Shown piece after piece: positions 17,977 to 27,297 of a stretch of 38,853 nt of DNA. Where the stretch lies: assembly GCA_043797665.1 (NCBI GenBank), contig JAZDPL010000020.1:1-38853 (forward strand). Direction: 5' to 3'. The DNA is from Candidatus Omnitrophota bacterium. GTDB taxonomy: Bacteria; Ratteibacteria; UBA8468; MWAK01. The notes under the pieces were generated by a model that saw only the letters and a list, made by a program, of their open reading frames with translations, was not told the origin of the DNA and ran no database searches. Position numbers and translations under genes: made by a program. Every line of letters begins with the position of its first letter. The first letter of the stretch is position 1.

Positions 17977-19917
17977 CTAAATCCAGAAGACCTGGTTACT
18001 GGTCATATGGGTAAAAAAGTCTATGATAAACCAGACCGCGGCGGCGGAATACTGGCCTAAAATCAGTCCGAAGAAGAAAGGCTTGCCGTTTTCGTAGATT
18101 TTAGGTCCGCCGTAACGAAGCAGCAGAGTTTTCAAGAACCAGGCTAAGAAAATAGAAAGCCACAACTCGTTTACCAACCAGACCATACCCACGGTAAATC
18201 CGATGGGGTGGAGGGGCCACCAGATGAACCGGTTCCGTAAAAACATCAAGCCAACCATTACCACCGCCCCGGATAACCGGCAGAGCCAGCCCAACTTGTT
18301 TGGACCGGCCAGATTTTTAAGGTGGTCGGCGACATACTGATAAGGGGCCTGGGGACCACCGACAAAGTACCAGGAATTAAGGTTAATTCCACCTCGGGTG
18401 TAGGCTAATTTGAGGATAAGAAAAGAAGAAACCAGAAAACCGATCAGGATAGAGACAAGCATCAGCCAGAACAAAGGTCTAACCGAAGACGAAGACCCGA
18501 ATTTTTCGGCAATCTTCTCGCTGTGCATCGTTGAAGAAGCCGGAAAGGTTCGTATATCAGACGCGTAGACATAAGTAAGACCAAGGTTAGTAAGACTTCC
18601 TGGACCCACTACCTGACTCCCTAAGCCCGAAACCACCTGGGCCGAAGAGATGGAAGGAGCCACCAGAGTTGCCAAACCACCCTCCGCCACCAACCGGGTA
18701 AGACCGAGCCAAAAGACAAAAGCACCCAGAAGAAATAATAACGCCACCCAGTAACCCATTCCGGCAAGTCTCAACCATAAGATAAGACATATCATTCCGA
18801 TGATTAACCCCCAGAAGGCGTTCCGGTAGGAGAGTATTTCGTTAGAATCATCAATATCTTTTCTTCTTCCGGTCGCTTTGGAAAAAACTTCTTTCAGATG
18901 TCCCCGTGCCAGGAAGAATCCGAAAAAGACGAAGGACACAAAGGCGCCGGTTCCCAGGTTAGCCATAATGGCATTACCACCCGCTCCGTAAATCCCGATA
19001 TTCTCCGGACTGGAAATACCGGTAATATTGAACCAGCCTTTCAAAAGAAGAAAGATAAGATTAAAAAACCACAAAGAGAACGCGACATCCAGATTAATTA
19101 AATAAGAAAAGCCCAAAATAGGAAAACTGAGCCGAAAAGCAATATTAGTCGTCTGGCGAAAGACCGGGACGCTCCTCGCTAGTTGAGGATTGGGCACCAT
19201 AGGGAAGTATTTATGCAAGGCGACCAAACAGGAGATAACAAACGGTATAGCAAAACCCAACCAGAAAATTTTGCTTTTAAAGAGCGCCGGCACTTTCCCC
19301 TTGCCCGGCTGAACCATGGCCACCGGAAGTTGCGCCAGAGGAAAGGCAAGCCGTTCCCGTTCCACCCACTCCTTGCGCAGAATGGAGACGGCGCAGATAG
19401 TGACGAAATAAAGGATGAGCAAAAAGATGCCCCAGGAAAAAAGAGGCAGTGCCCAGGCGGACCAGGGGATGGCGGCGCCTTTGGGCAGGCCTTCGAAGAA
19501 GGTACGGGTAACCTCAATATCCTTCGGAGCCACCCAGGTCTTGATGTGAGGCAGAATTAGTTCCGCCCACCGGTTTTCCGGCGTGGCATAATAACTGGGT
19601 GCAGCCAGCATCGGCAGTAATTGACAACCTAACCCCATTTCCGCCACGGAAGCGGTTACCAGAATCATCGTATAGATAACAAGAAGTTCTGAAGGACTAA
19701 AGGAAAGATGATTTTTGGTAATCAGCCGCAGGAGAGGATTTAAGCAGAGAACTAAAAGGAGGAAGAGAAAGATGCCGCCGGCCGGCATGTGGTCAATCGC
19801 CATATAAGAACCTAAGACCACGTTGACCGAATACGCCGACATTATCACCAGAAGAACGGAGAAGAGCATTCCGGTCAGGACCGTCTTGAAGTTAAATGGA
19901 CTTTTTGTTTCCTTCAT
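17977..19917 (-). CDS. DUF6785/DUF6784-like polytopic membrane protein
   Basis: ELLVIY, LRKEWVERERLAFPLAQLP, R..AEGG, WWPLHPIG and LLRYGG..Y...KPFF.GLILG. ATG 19917 has a GGGAGG RBS. Confidence 0.8.
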   Translation of the reverse strand: MKETKSPFNFKTVLTGMLFSVLLVIMSAYSVNVVLGSYMAIDHMPAGGIFLFLLLVLCLNPLLRLITKNHLSFSPSELLVIYTMILVTASVAEMGLGCQLLPMLAAPSYYATPENRWAELILPHIKTWVAPKDIEVTRTFFEGLPKGAAIPWSAWALPLFSWGIFLLILYFVTICAVSILRKEWVERERLAFPLAQLPVAMVQPGKGKVPALFKSKIFWLGFAIPFVISCLVALHKYFPMVPNPQLARSVPVFRQTTNIAFRLSFPILGFSYLINLDVAFSLWFFNLIFLLLKGWFNITGISSPENIGIYGAGGNAIMANLGTGAFVSFVFFGFFLARGHLKEVFSKATGRRKDIDDSNEILSYRNAFWGLIIGMICLILWLRLAGMGYWVALLFLLGAFVFWLGLTRLVAEGGLATLVAPSISSAQVVSGLGSQVVGPGSLTNLGLTYVYASDIRTFPASSTMHSEKIAEKFGSSSSVRPLFWLMLVSILIGFLVSSFLILKLAYTRGGINLNSWYFVGGPQAPYQYVADHLKNLAGPNKLGWLCRLSGAVVMVGLMFLRNRFIWWPLHPIGFTVGMVWLVNELWLSIFLAWFLKTLLLRYGGPKIYENGKPFFFGLILGQYSAAAVWFIIDFFTHMTSNQVFWI

Positions 19918-20368
19918 CAGCCTCCCGAATCTCTTTCCAGGCACGCGGGTTGCCCGGATTAAGGTTCAGTTCCCGGATGAACTCTGCTTTAGCCTCAGTG
20001 AAATTCCCTTCGGCGCGATAAATCAGACCTAAAAGATAATGGACATCCGGGTAATAAGGAGCAATAGCCGACAACGTCCTGAAAGTAGTTTTGGCCTGAT
20101 TATAATTGCCGGAAAGGTAGTAACTCAAACCCAAATTGAAGTAAAGATTAGCACATCGGGGCGAATGTGTCAAGCCTTCGCAGATTACCTTCTGCGCCTC
20201 CAACCATTCCCCTTTCAACAGATGTTCCGCTGAGGTTTTGACATAATCCTTTTCTATCTGAGCCTTTTGCCGGCTTTCTACGGAAGGAAAGGCAAAGTTA
20301 ACGAGCAAACCTGTCCAGATAAGTACCCCGCAGATTACTAACCATTTAACCAAACGATTAAGGTCCAT
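19892..20368 (-). CDS. Membrane-anchored TPR protein
   Basis: N-terminal TM followed by about 3 TPR repeats (LYFNLGLSYY, VHYLLGLIY, ELNLNP). Overlaps the next gene. Confidence 0.85.
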   Translation of the reverse strand: MDLNRLVKWLVICGVLIWTGLLVNFAFPSVESRQKAQIEKDYVKTSAEHLLKGEWLEAQKVICEGLTHSPRCANLYFNLGLSYYLSGNYNQAKTTFRTLSAIAPYYPDVHYLLGLIYRAEGNFTEAKAEFIRELNLNPGNPRAWKEIREADEGNKKSI

Positions 20369-20385
20369 CGTTTACCCGCAGTTTT

Positions 20386-20448
20386 GTCATTCTGAGCGTA
20401 GCGAAGAATCTCCTCTTTTATTAGACCCTTCGTTTCCCTCAGGGTGAC
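20386..20448. repeat. GTCATTCTGAG-type palindromic repeat
   Basis: gtcattctgagcgtagcgaagaatct...agacccttcgtttccctcagggtgac. Confidence 0.85.
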
Positions 20449-20638
20449 ACCTTATGGTGTCATTATGCATCAAACGGCGCCAGCGCCGGTGAAAGATTAT
20501 CACCATCGCCGCCAGAGCAACTACTAAAACAGGCAGGGTAACTGCTCCGGGCCAGCGCAGAATCGCAGGCCAGAGCGCGGCAATCGCCAGAATAATGAGC
20601 CCGTTCTCCACCCAGATCGCTCGCGTCTCCTTATCCAT
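20387..20638 (-). CDS. Small two-TM membrane protein with a repeat-derived C-terminus
   Basis: Two hydrophobic helices, basic HRRWRR, then a tail encoded by the repeat. Confidence 0.65.
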   Translation of the reverse strand: MDKETRAIWVENGLIILAIAALWPAILRWPGAVTLPVLVVALAAMVIIFHRRWRRLMHNDTIRCHPEGNEGSNKRGDSSLRSE

Positions 20639-20651
20639 ATTACAAATATTG

Positions 20652-20683
20652 AGATCCTTCGCACTAAGTGTGCTCAGGATGAC
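20652..20683. repeat. GTCATCCTGAG-type repeat, half unit
   Basis: agatccttcgcactaagtgtgctcaggatgac. Confidence 0.75.
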
Positions 20684-20695
20684 AACCTGCGGTTG

Positions 20696-22114
20696 TCATT
20701 TTTCCGGACGTAAAAGGGGAAATAGAACGACCTCCCGGATAGAAGCGCATCCGGTTAAAAGCATCACCAGCCGGTCAATGCCGATGCCCAACCCCCCGGC
20801 CGGAGGCATACCGTAAGAAAGGGCCATAACGTAATCTTCATCAACCACCTTCAGCCGGTCCGGGCGATTCTGCATTACCTTCTCTTCGAAACGCCGGCGT
20901 TGTTCCTCCGGGTCATTTAACTCGGAATACGCATTACCGACCTCTAACCCACCGATAAATAGTTCGAATCGCTCTACAACACCTTCATTATCCGGCTTAC
21001 TCTTTGCCAGCGGTGAAATCTCCCTGGGATAATCAAGAACAAAGGTGGGTGCAATCAGGTCCGGCTGAATTCTTACCTGGAAAAGAGAATCCAGAAGGTC
21101 AAAATTAGTTTCTTCGCCGGTTAACGGAATACCTTCTTTCGTGGCCGCCATAACCAATTCTTCCTTATTATACCAGTTATTAACCCCTAAATATTCTTTA
21201 GACAATGCCCTTAAAGTAACGCGCCGCCAGGGTGGAGTTAAGTCTATTTCTTTTCCCTGATAAATCGTAGACTTTGTGTCCGGCACAAGAGAGAGAATAA
21301 GATTCTGGGCAATCTCAGCCATCGTTTCGTAGTCGCCGTAAGCTTGATATAGTTCTAACATCGTGAATTCCGGGTTGTGAAGCGGCGAGATGCCTTCATT
21401 CCGAAAGGAGCGGTTAATTTCATATACCTTCTCCAATCCTCCCACCAAAAGCCTCTTTAGATATAACTCCGGCGCAATTCGCAGATAAAGGTCCATATCC
21501 AGGGTATTGTGGTGGGTAATAAATGGTTTGGCTTCAGCGCCGCCGGCGATCGGATGCATCATCGGGGTCTCTACTTCTAAAAAACCCTGTTCGTTCAGGT
21601 ACTGCCGCATCCGGCTTATGACGGAACTGCGGGCAAGAAAAATATTCCGGACATCCTGATTGGCAATCAAATCCAAATACCTTTGCCGGAACCGTGTTTC
21701 CACATCCTTTAACCCGTGCCACTTCTCGGGCAGCGGCCGGTTAGATTTAGAAAGGAGAATTAATTTGGTGACCTTTATGGTCATCTGACCGGTCCTGGTC
21801 CGGAAGGGTTCTCCTTCCACGCCGATAATATCTCCAATATCCAGCAAAAGGAAGACCTCAAACTCAGAACCCAGGACGTCTTTCTGGAAGTAGATCTGAA
21901 TTACACCGGAAATGTCAGACAGGTCACCGAAGGCTGCTTTGCCGTGGATACGGAGCGCGGTAATCCTTCCGGCGAGCCGCACCGGACCGGAATTATCATT
22001 CACTTCCGCAGCCCGGGCAGTCCGGTCAAAACGCCGACCGTAGGGATAAATACCGCGGTCATACAGCGCCTTCAACTTCCGCTGCCGTTCCGCAATCAAA
22101 TCTTTTTCCGCCAT
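20696..22114 (-). CDS. lysS: Lysine--tRNA ligase (class II)
   Basis: OB-fold, PLPEKWHGL, RFRQRYLDL, YLRIAPELYLK, FRNEG, HNPEFT, GLGIGIDR. Confidence 0.98.
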   Translation of the reverse strand: MAEKDLIAERQRKLKALYDRGIYPYGRRFDRTARAAEVNDNSGPVRLAGRITALRIHGKAAFGDLSDISGVIQIYFQKDVLGSEFEVFLLLDIGDIIGVEGEPFRTRTGQMTIKVTKLILLSKSNRPLPEKWHGLKDVETRFRQRYLDLIANQDVRNIFLARSSVISRMRQYLNEQGFLEVETPMMHPIAGGAEAKPFITHHNTLDMDLYLRIAPELYLKRLLVGGLEKVYEINRSFRNEGISPLHNPEFTMLELYQAYGDYETMAEIAQNLILSLVPDTKSTIYQGKEIDLTPPWRRVTLRALSKEYLGVNNWYNKEELVMAATKEGIPLTGEETNFDLLDSLFQVRIQPDLIAPTFVLDYPREISPLAKSKPDNEGVVERFELFIGGLEVGNAYSELNDPEEQRRRFEEKVMQNRPDRLKVVDEDYVMALSYGMPPAGGLGIGIDRLVMLLTGCASIREVVLFPLLRPEK

Positions 22115-22136
22115 CGTTAATATATCGGTCTACGTA

Positions 22137-22201
22137 TCATTCTGAGGCGTTTTTTACCGAAGAATCTCTCTTTTAGATCCTTCACATTCGTTCAGGATGA
22201 C
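22137..22201. repeat. GTCATTCTGAG-type palindromic repeat
   Basis: tcattctgagg...cgaagaatct...agatccttc...tcaggatgac. Confidence 0.8.
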
Positions 22202-22359
22202 AAAGGACGTCATTTATTTTACTTGAACCTACAGGAAATTATACCTTTTATACTTCGTAGGTTCAAGGGGGGATTGCCCTTGCCCTCCCCCAGTTTTTGT
22301 TTTAACCAGAGGTTTGGATGGTTTAGAGGTAAAAAACGTTGTAAAATATGGAGGGGGTC

Positions 22360-22944
22360 TTACTTTATTTTGCGCAATTGCCGGTTGATTTTCTCTAGAT
22401 CAAACTCTTCTGGGTCAAAGTGGCCACCTATCCATCCTAACCTGTCCTGATGTTCAGGGTGGTTAGGATTTTGGATGGCTTCTAAGAAGTAATAGTAGCC
22501 ATGGATACCACCCACATCTTCTGGGGGACAGGCTTGTTCACCTCCCAGACAAACCGGATAGAAGGTTTCCTTTTGAATCGGGAGAACATTCTCTACCAAC
22601 AAGAGGTGTTCCCAACTATCTCCAAAGTCATATTCGTATTTGAACTTAACGCCTTCACCTGTTATTACCTGGTTAAGTCTGTATTCTCTTTCATCTTCGG
22701 TCTCAACCAAGCCATCGTATTCCTCGCCAGGAACATCATAGAGAATACCGCCAATGATGAATTGGTGCAGGTGGTCATCTTCCCAGGGCATAACAATCTG
22801 CAGAATTTGGTGGAGTTTGTGTAAGGTAATATTACTTTTTACCTGAATGCGGCGCCAGATAGGTGGCTGGGAATCCTTTAGGGTGACTTTTATCTGGTAG
22901 ACTGAAACCGGTTTTGAGATTGTGGTGGCATCCATAGGTCTCAT
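22360..22944 (-). CDS. Plasmid pRiA4b ORF-3 family protein
   Basis: VYQIKVTL..PPIWRRI, LH..LQ..M.W...HLHQF, YEYDFGDSWEH, ACPPEDVGG. Confidence 0.93.
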   Translation of the reverse strand: MRPMDATTISKPVSVYQIKVTLKDSQPPIWRRIQVKSNITLHKLHQILQIVMPWEDDHLHQFIIGGILYDVPGEEYDGLVETEDEREYRLNQVITGEGVKFKYEYDFGDSWEHLLLVENVLPIQKETFYPVCLGGEQACPPEDVGGIHGYYYFLEAIQNPNHPEHQDRLGWIGGHFDPEEFDLEKINRQLRKIK

Positions 22945-22978
22945 TCTTTTCTTATAAAAGATACCACATTCTTATCTG

Positions 22979-24097
22979 TTAAGCAAAACAGCACCGAGAG
23001 TGCGAAACGAGGTTTGTCCCGCCGGAAGAAAAGTTATCGGTAATTTTTCTGAAACATAAAACCAGGGTTTTAATCAGGTCAGTCCGGGTAAGCAGAAAGG
23101 TGTCGGTTATCGCCATTAAGGCAATGGAAAGAACACTCAATGTCCGTGTTGTTCCGTGCCGGCACTTTTTGCGTACAATCTCCACTTCTTTACGCAGACT
23201 CTTACCTATGTCGCTGGCTCCAAGACAGGATTTGAAGTCCCGGAAATTGACCTCAATATTCATTCTGGCCCGGTAATAATCCACCACCGATTCAGTCGGC
23301 AGGATATCTTGGCTGTCAGCCGGAACCAGAAGAAACCAGGGCTCCTTAAACCCTTTCTCCCGGTAGACAATAACGTCTATCTTTTCCTTCCCTTTGTCCT
23401 GATAAAGAACCCCGCAATAACGGATGACTTTCCCCTGACGGTGTTTCAATCTGCCTAAACTCTTCCGGCAAATCTTACCATTTTCTTTATACTCAATGAT
23501 TACTTCTCTTCGGCCCCGGATGATAAAAAACCATTTATTCTTCCGGCAGGTTTTCAAAAGGGAGACTCTGGCGTATCCTCTGTCCATTATCCACAAAAGC
23601 CTTAAATCTTTTGGTAGAGAAGTAGCCAGTCTTTCAAGAAAGGCATCCTCCAGGAGAGTCTGGCTTTCTTTAATCTTTCCGTATTCAAAGGTGGTTGTGG
23701 CTACTGGAATGGCTCGGCCGTCGGTGGGACAACTGGCGGTAATCACCTGCACATCACCCACCGCAGTCTGGTCCACAATCAAAGGCAAAAGAGACGGATT
23801 TTCCACCCCGGTGGCCAGCTTTATCAGATAAGGAGAAAGATCGGCCATCTTAAATTGAGAGTTATCCAGAAATCGGGAGAGTCGCTTATACCGGCTCTTG
23901 GGACTGCCTTCGGTAGCCAAAACCCTGGCAATACCGCTTAAGGAAATCCTGCCGTACCAGCCCCGGGGTGTCCGCAACAACATCACCAGAGCAATGGTAA
24001 GGTGAGCAAGATTCTTCACCACTGAAAGGCGAAGAGTGGGAAATTGTTGTTTTAGAATTTCTTTGATTTGCTGATATCCTTCTTGGTAATCATCCAT
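22979..24097 (-). CDS. IS4-like DDE transposase (possibly internally deleted)
   Basis: IVDQT, IMDRGY, KEPWFL and the YREK motif YYRARMNIEVNFRDFKS. Confidence 0.85.
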   Translation of the reverse strand: MDDYQEGYQQIKEILKQQFPTLRLSVVKNLAHLTIALVMLLRTPRGWYGRISLSGIARVLATEGSPKSRYKRLSRFLDNSQFKMADLSPYLIKLATGVENPSLLPLIVDQTAVGDVQVITASCPTDGRAIPVATTTFEYGKIKESQTLLEDAFLERLATSLPKDLRLLWIMDRGYARVSLLKTCRKNKWFFIIRGRREVIIEYKENGKICRKSLGRLKHRQGKVIRYCGVLYQDKGKEKIDVIVYREKGFKEPWFLLVPADSQDILPTESVVDYYRARMNIEVNFRDFKSCLGASDIGKSLRKEVEIVRKKCRHGTTRTLSVLSIALMAITDTFLLTRTDLIKTLVLCFRKITDNFSSGGTNLVSHSRCCFA

Positions 24098-24488
24098 TCT
24101 TTTTCATCCTCCCCTGCCTGCAGGCCGAAGCCATGGCAGCCGAAGTCTTGATGTAGGCAGCCTTTCGACGGGCGTAAGCCTGACTTTTTAAAAGCGAAAA
24201 AAGAATTTGTGTGTGTTGGTTAAGAAGAAATTTAAACTTTTTGTAATTGGCGGACCAGGACAGGGCTTCTTCCTGTCTGGCCTTGTCCACATAGACGGTT
24301 TTAGTTTTCCCTCTTTCCTTGTAGGTGATGCAGAGAAAGGAATGTGGCTTTCCTCTGGTACAGGTACAATTGGGTTTACCACACTTCATTTCCCTGAATA
24401 CCAACGAACCTTTTAGTAACGGCCCCAGTTTGCGCATCTGTGACCTCAAATTTCTTGCCTTTTCCCATAGCATTTCCCTTTCACCCAT
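24090..24488 (-). CDS. DUF6788-family protein
   Basis: GPLLKGSL....KCGKPNCTC..G.PH......GKTKTVYV. ATG 24488 has an RBS; overlaps the transposase start. Confidence 0.85.
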   Translation of the reverse strand: MGEREMLWEKARNLRSQMRKLGPLLKGSLVFREMKCGKPNCTCTRGKPHSFLCITYKERGKTKTVYVDKARQEEALSWSANYKKFKFLLNQHTQILFSLLKSQAYARRKAAYIKTSAAMASACRQGRMKKNG

Positions 24489-24510
24489 AATCTTCCTCCT
24501 TTCTAACAGT

Positions 24511-24539
24511 ATTATAACTGTAAGAAAAAGAAAAGTCAA
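24511..24539 (-). promoter_or_regulatory. Sigma70 promoter for the DUF6788-transposase pair
   Basis: TTGACT, 17 nt, TATAAT on the minus strand. Confidence 0.7.
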
Positions 24540-24639
24540 GGGGAAGGATTAAAAAAGTTTGATTGCAAAATGTGCTTAGAAAGCAGGCCTGTTAAGGGTT
24601 TTCAAAAACTGGGGGAGGGCAAACCACTTTGTCAAGCCG

Positions 24640-24980
24640 TTGAATGAGAGAGGTTTGCATTGGCTTCTCTTTCCAGCCTGAAATTGGTCCTGGTTTCTTC
24701 TTTATCTCCCTGTAGTTAAATCCTGTCCTGGTAATGGCTCCCTGCCAACTACCGTAATAGTAATTAGCCATACTGACTACTACGTCATAGCCTTGCCGGA
24801 ACATCGCCTTCCAGGAAAGGTCTTTTCCTTTCTGTTTTAAAGTACGGATTCTTTCTTTTACTCTCTCTTTGCTCCACCTTTCTAATTTTCTTACCGCCTG
24901 GTAGTTCACACCTATGGCTGAGAGGGTGTTTTTCCATCCACCAAAGTGGTAGAGGCTGGCTGCGAGTAGTTTGGGGTGCC
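24640..24980 (-). pseudogene. Fragment of a helical-repeat protein (homing-endonuclease-associated-repeat-like)
   Basis: Two repeats, L.AA...HFGGWKNTL..IG.NY and MANYYYGSWQGAI...G.NY, with WSKERV between. No credible start; the ORF runs into the inverted repeat. Confidence 0.55.
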
Positions 24981-25114
24981 GGCGGCCACCATTCGGGGAC
25001 GGGAGGGGAGGGGTTGTATCCCCTCCCTCGGGAAGCGACGGAGAGCCTCCCCTACAAAAAATCATTTCTAGAAATCTGTGTAATCAATAAAAATGCAAGT
25101 ATTTAATGCGTTTC

Positions 25115-26203
25115 TTATAGTTCATAATTTACTTTGACTCGTTCCCCTTTTCTTTTAAAAGATTCTTCACAGGCAAAAACAACTGCCATTGTTTTCCAGC
25201 TGTCAAACGCACTCATAAAGGGTCTTTCGCCTGCTAATATTCTCCGGGCAAAATCCTGTAAGAATCCATCTGCATCATGAAAGAGTTTCCCGTGAGGGAT
25301 TCCTTTATAACTCTCGGTTCGTTTCAGAACCGGGTGACCGGCCGGTCCTTCAAATTTAAATAACTGGATATATCTTTCCCAGAAATCCGACCTGATACTT
25401 CCTTCAGAACCCATTAAACTTGCGGCGTATTCATGGCCTAATTTTGGTTCCATGCCAGGTTCAAGAACCGGATGAGCTCCCCGGTGTTGGAGTGTTACCA
25501 GTGTTGCCAGTTTACCGTCCGGAAAGAAACAGAGTGTACAGGCTGGTTCTCTATATCCCCGATGCCAGCCATCTGGTCCCCGGAGACCTGGCGCAGGGAT
25601 TGATTCAACTTCTTCAATTTCCACACCCATCCATTTCCGGAAGATATCCAGACGGTGGCATCCTTCTTCAAAATAATACCCGCCTACTTTGGAAGGGTTT
25701 GCACGCCAGTCTCCATGCTTTTTCAGAAATCCTGGACCTCCAGAGCAATGAATAAAAAAGATGTTTTTCACCTCTCCCAATTCTCCGGCATCAACCAGTT
25801 CTGTTATCCATCTACCCATTATAGAATATCTCGTTTCAAAATCAATCTGGAGATATTTCTTGCTTTCCTTTTCCGCGTTAAGCATCCCTCCTATTTCTTC
25901 GCGAGTTAGTCCCATCGGCTTTTCAGAGAAAACATGTTTTCCTGCTTTCAGCGCATCCGTAGCTACCCGGGCGTGGAGAAAATTAGGAGTTGCATTATAG
26001 ACCAGATAGATATCTTCATGTCTCAAAAGTTCCTGATAATCTCTGTAGCCTGGAATCTGTAATTTCTCGCATATCTCTTTTCGCCTTTCATCATTAGTTT
26101 CTGCAATGGCTACCAGTTCCATATTTGGAGATGATTTAACTATACTACATAGACCAGACCCAGCACCACCTGTTCCAATAATACCTATACCGATTTTTTT
26201 CAT
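25115..26203 (-). CDS. Gfo/Idh/MocA family oxidoreductase
   Basis: GIGIIGTGGAG, ATPNFLH, GKHVFSEKP, EEGCHRLD; GGAGG RBS. Confidence 0.93.
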   Translation of the reverse strand: MKKIGIGIIGTGGAGSGLCSIVKSSPNMELVAIAETNDERRKEICEKLQIPGYRDYQELLRHEDIYLVYNATPNFLHARVATDALKAGKHVFSEKPMGLTREEIGGMLNAEKESKKYLQIDFETRYSIMGRWITELVDAGELGEVKNIFFIHCSGGPGFLKKHGDWRANPSKVGGYYFEEGCHRLDIFRKWMGVEIEEVESIPAPGLRGPDGWHRGYREPACTLCFFPDGKLATLVTLQHRGAHPVLEPGMEPKLGHEYAASLMGSEGSIRSDFWERYIQLFKFEGPAGHPVLKRTESYKGIPHGKLFHDADGFLQDFARRILAGERPFMSAFDSWKTMAVVFACEESFKRKGERVKVNYEL

Positions 26204-26233
26204 TTTACATCCTCCCATTTTTCTATAAAGTTA

Positions 26234-27229
26234 TTACAAACTATCTTTTAAAAATTGGATAGCATTTGCCATCATCTTTCCTGTTATTTCATGTCCGTGC
26301 TCAGGTTCTTCGTGTACAAAAACAGATTTCGGTAAGGTTTCCTTTTTGCATCTATTTTCAATGGTCTTGATAAATGCACGGTACATCGGTTCCGGACTGC
26401 CTTCGTCCTTTGCCCCCCAGCCGAAAAATAGTTTGCGCGGGGCGGCCAAGGCAACTACCTGGTCCCAATCAATGCCTGCTTTTATCATGCCGGAAATAAA
26501 ATGATAGAGGCAATGGCCAAGTCTATACTGATAGAATTGGTGCCGAAGAGTCATAAAACTGAAGAAACAAACAGCCGCTTTAATTTTTGGGTTGACCGCA
26601 GTAAGGATATAGTTCTGAGTACTTCCGCCTGACCAGCCAATAGAACCAATGCTCTTTGCACCGAGAAATTCCAGAGATTCAATGGCCCGGGAATTATCCC
26701 AGACAGATTTCCAGCATAAACTTTTTCCACGGGCTGACAACTCCATATGGGTATTAATCTCATCAAAAAAAAATTTAGTATATCCCCATTTAGCCCGCCT
26801 TTCACCAAAGCATAGAGCATCAGGAGCAAGTACCCGGAAACCGGATAATGCTGAGATATAACTATACTGACCTGGGTCATTGGGATTTGGTTTACAATGG
26901 TATTCCTTGCCAACAGGGAATATATCATCTCCTCCGTGTGCATGTATTGAGAGAATCCCTGGTGCATCACTCTTTAGTCCTTTGCGAAACAGGTGAAAAG
27001 CCGGGACTGTTTCTCCAGAAGCTACATCGTACTCTACCCTCTGTTTAATAATTTCACCCGGTAGTTCTTTTTCATTTATAATCTTGAGGTTTAAGGGAAC
27101 CAGAGGTTTTTCAAAATTACCCAGAAGGTTAAGAAATCTATGCTTAACCTCTTCAATTGAAAGGTCTTCCGGATAATTCTTCGGTTTATTAATGAAATTT
27201 CCGGGAATAGTAACTGGAAGGTCAGCCAT
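26234..27229 (-). CDS. Alpha/beta hydrolase (dienelactone hydrolase-like)
   Basis: HAHGG, APDALCFGERR, nucleophile GWSGG, probable Asp (KDE) and His (GHE). AAAGGAGG RBS before ATG 27229. Confidence 0.88.
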   Translation of the reverse strand: MADLPVTIPGNFINKPKNYPEDLSIEEVKHRFLNLLGNFEKPLVPLNLKIINEKELPGEIIKQRVEYDVASGETVPAFHLFRKGLKSDAPGILSIHAHGGDDIFPVGKEYHCKPNPNDPGQYSYISALSGFRVLAPDALCFGERRAKWGYTKFFFDEINTHMELSARGKSLCWKSVWDNSRAIESLEFLGAKSIGSIGWSGGSTQNYILTAVNPKIKAAVCFFSFMTLRHQFYQYRLGHCLYHFISGMIKAGIDWDQVVALAAPRKLFFGWGAKDEGSPEPMYRAFIKTIENRCKKETLPKSVFVHEEPEHGHEITGKMMANAIQFLKDSL

Positions 27230-27297
27230 ACCGCCTCCTTTTACCTTGTCCTCTGATTCCGCTTGAGGGCGCCTCCGTTTCCCAGAAGAAAGCAGGA

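Larger units (their letters stand above)
22280..24622. mobile_element. Segment bounded by perfect 20-bp inverted repeats (IS3-like TG...CA ends)
   Basis: ttgccctcccccagtttttg (22280-22299) and caaaaactgggggagggcaa (24603-24622). Confidence 0.7.

Noticed and set aside
24981..25065. N-terminus of the 157-aa ORF
   Set aside because: Pro/Gly-rich translation of a degenerate GTAG-type palindromic sequence rather than a real protein start.
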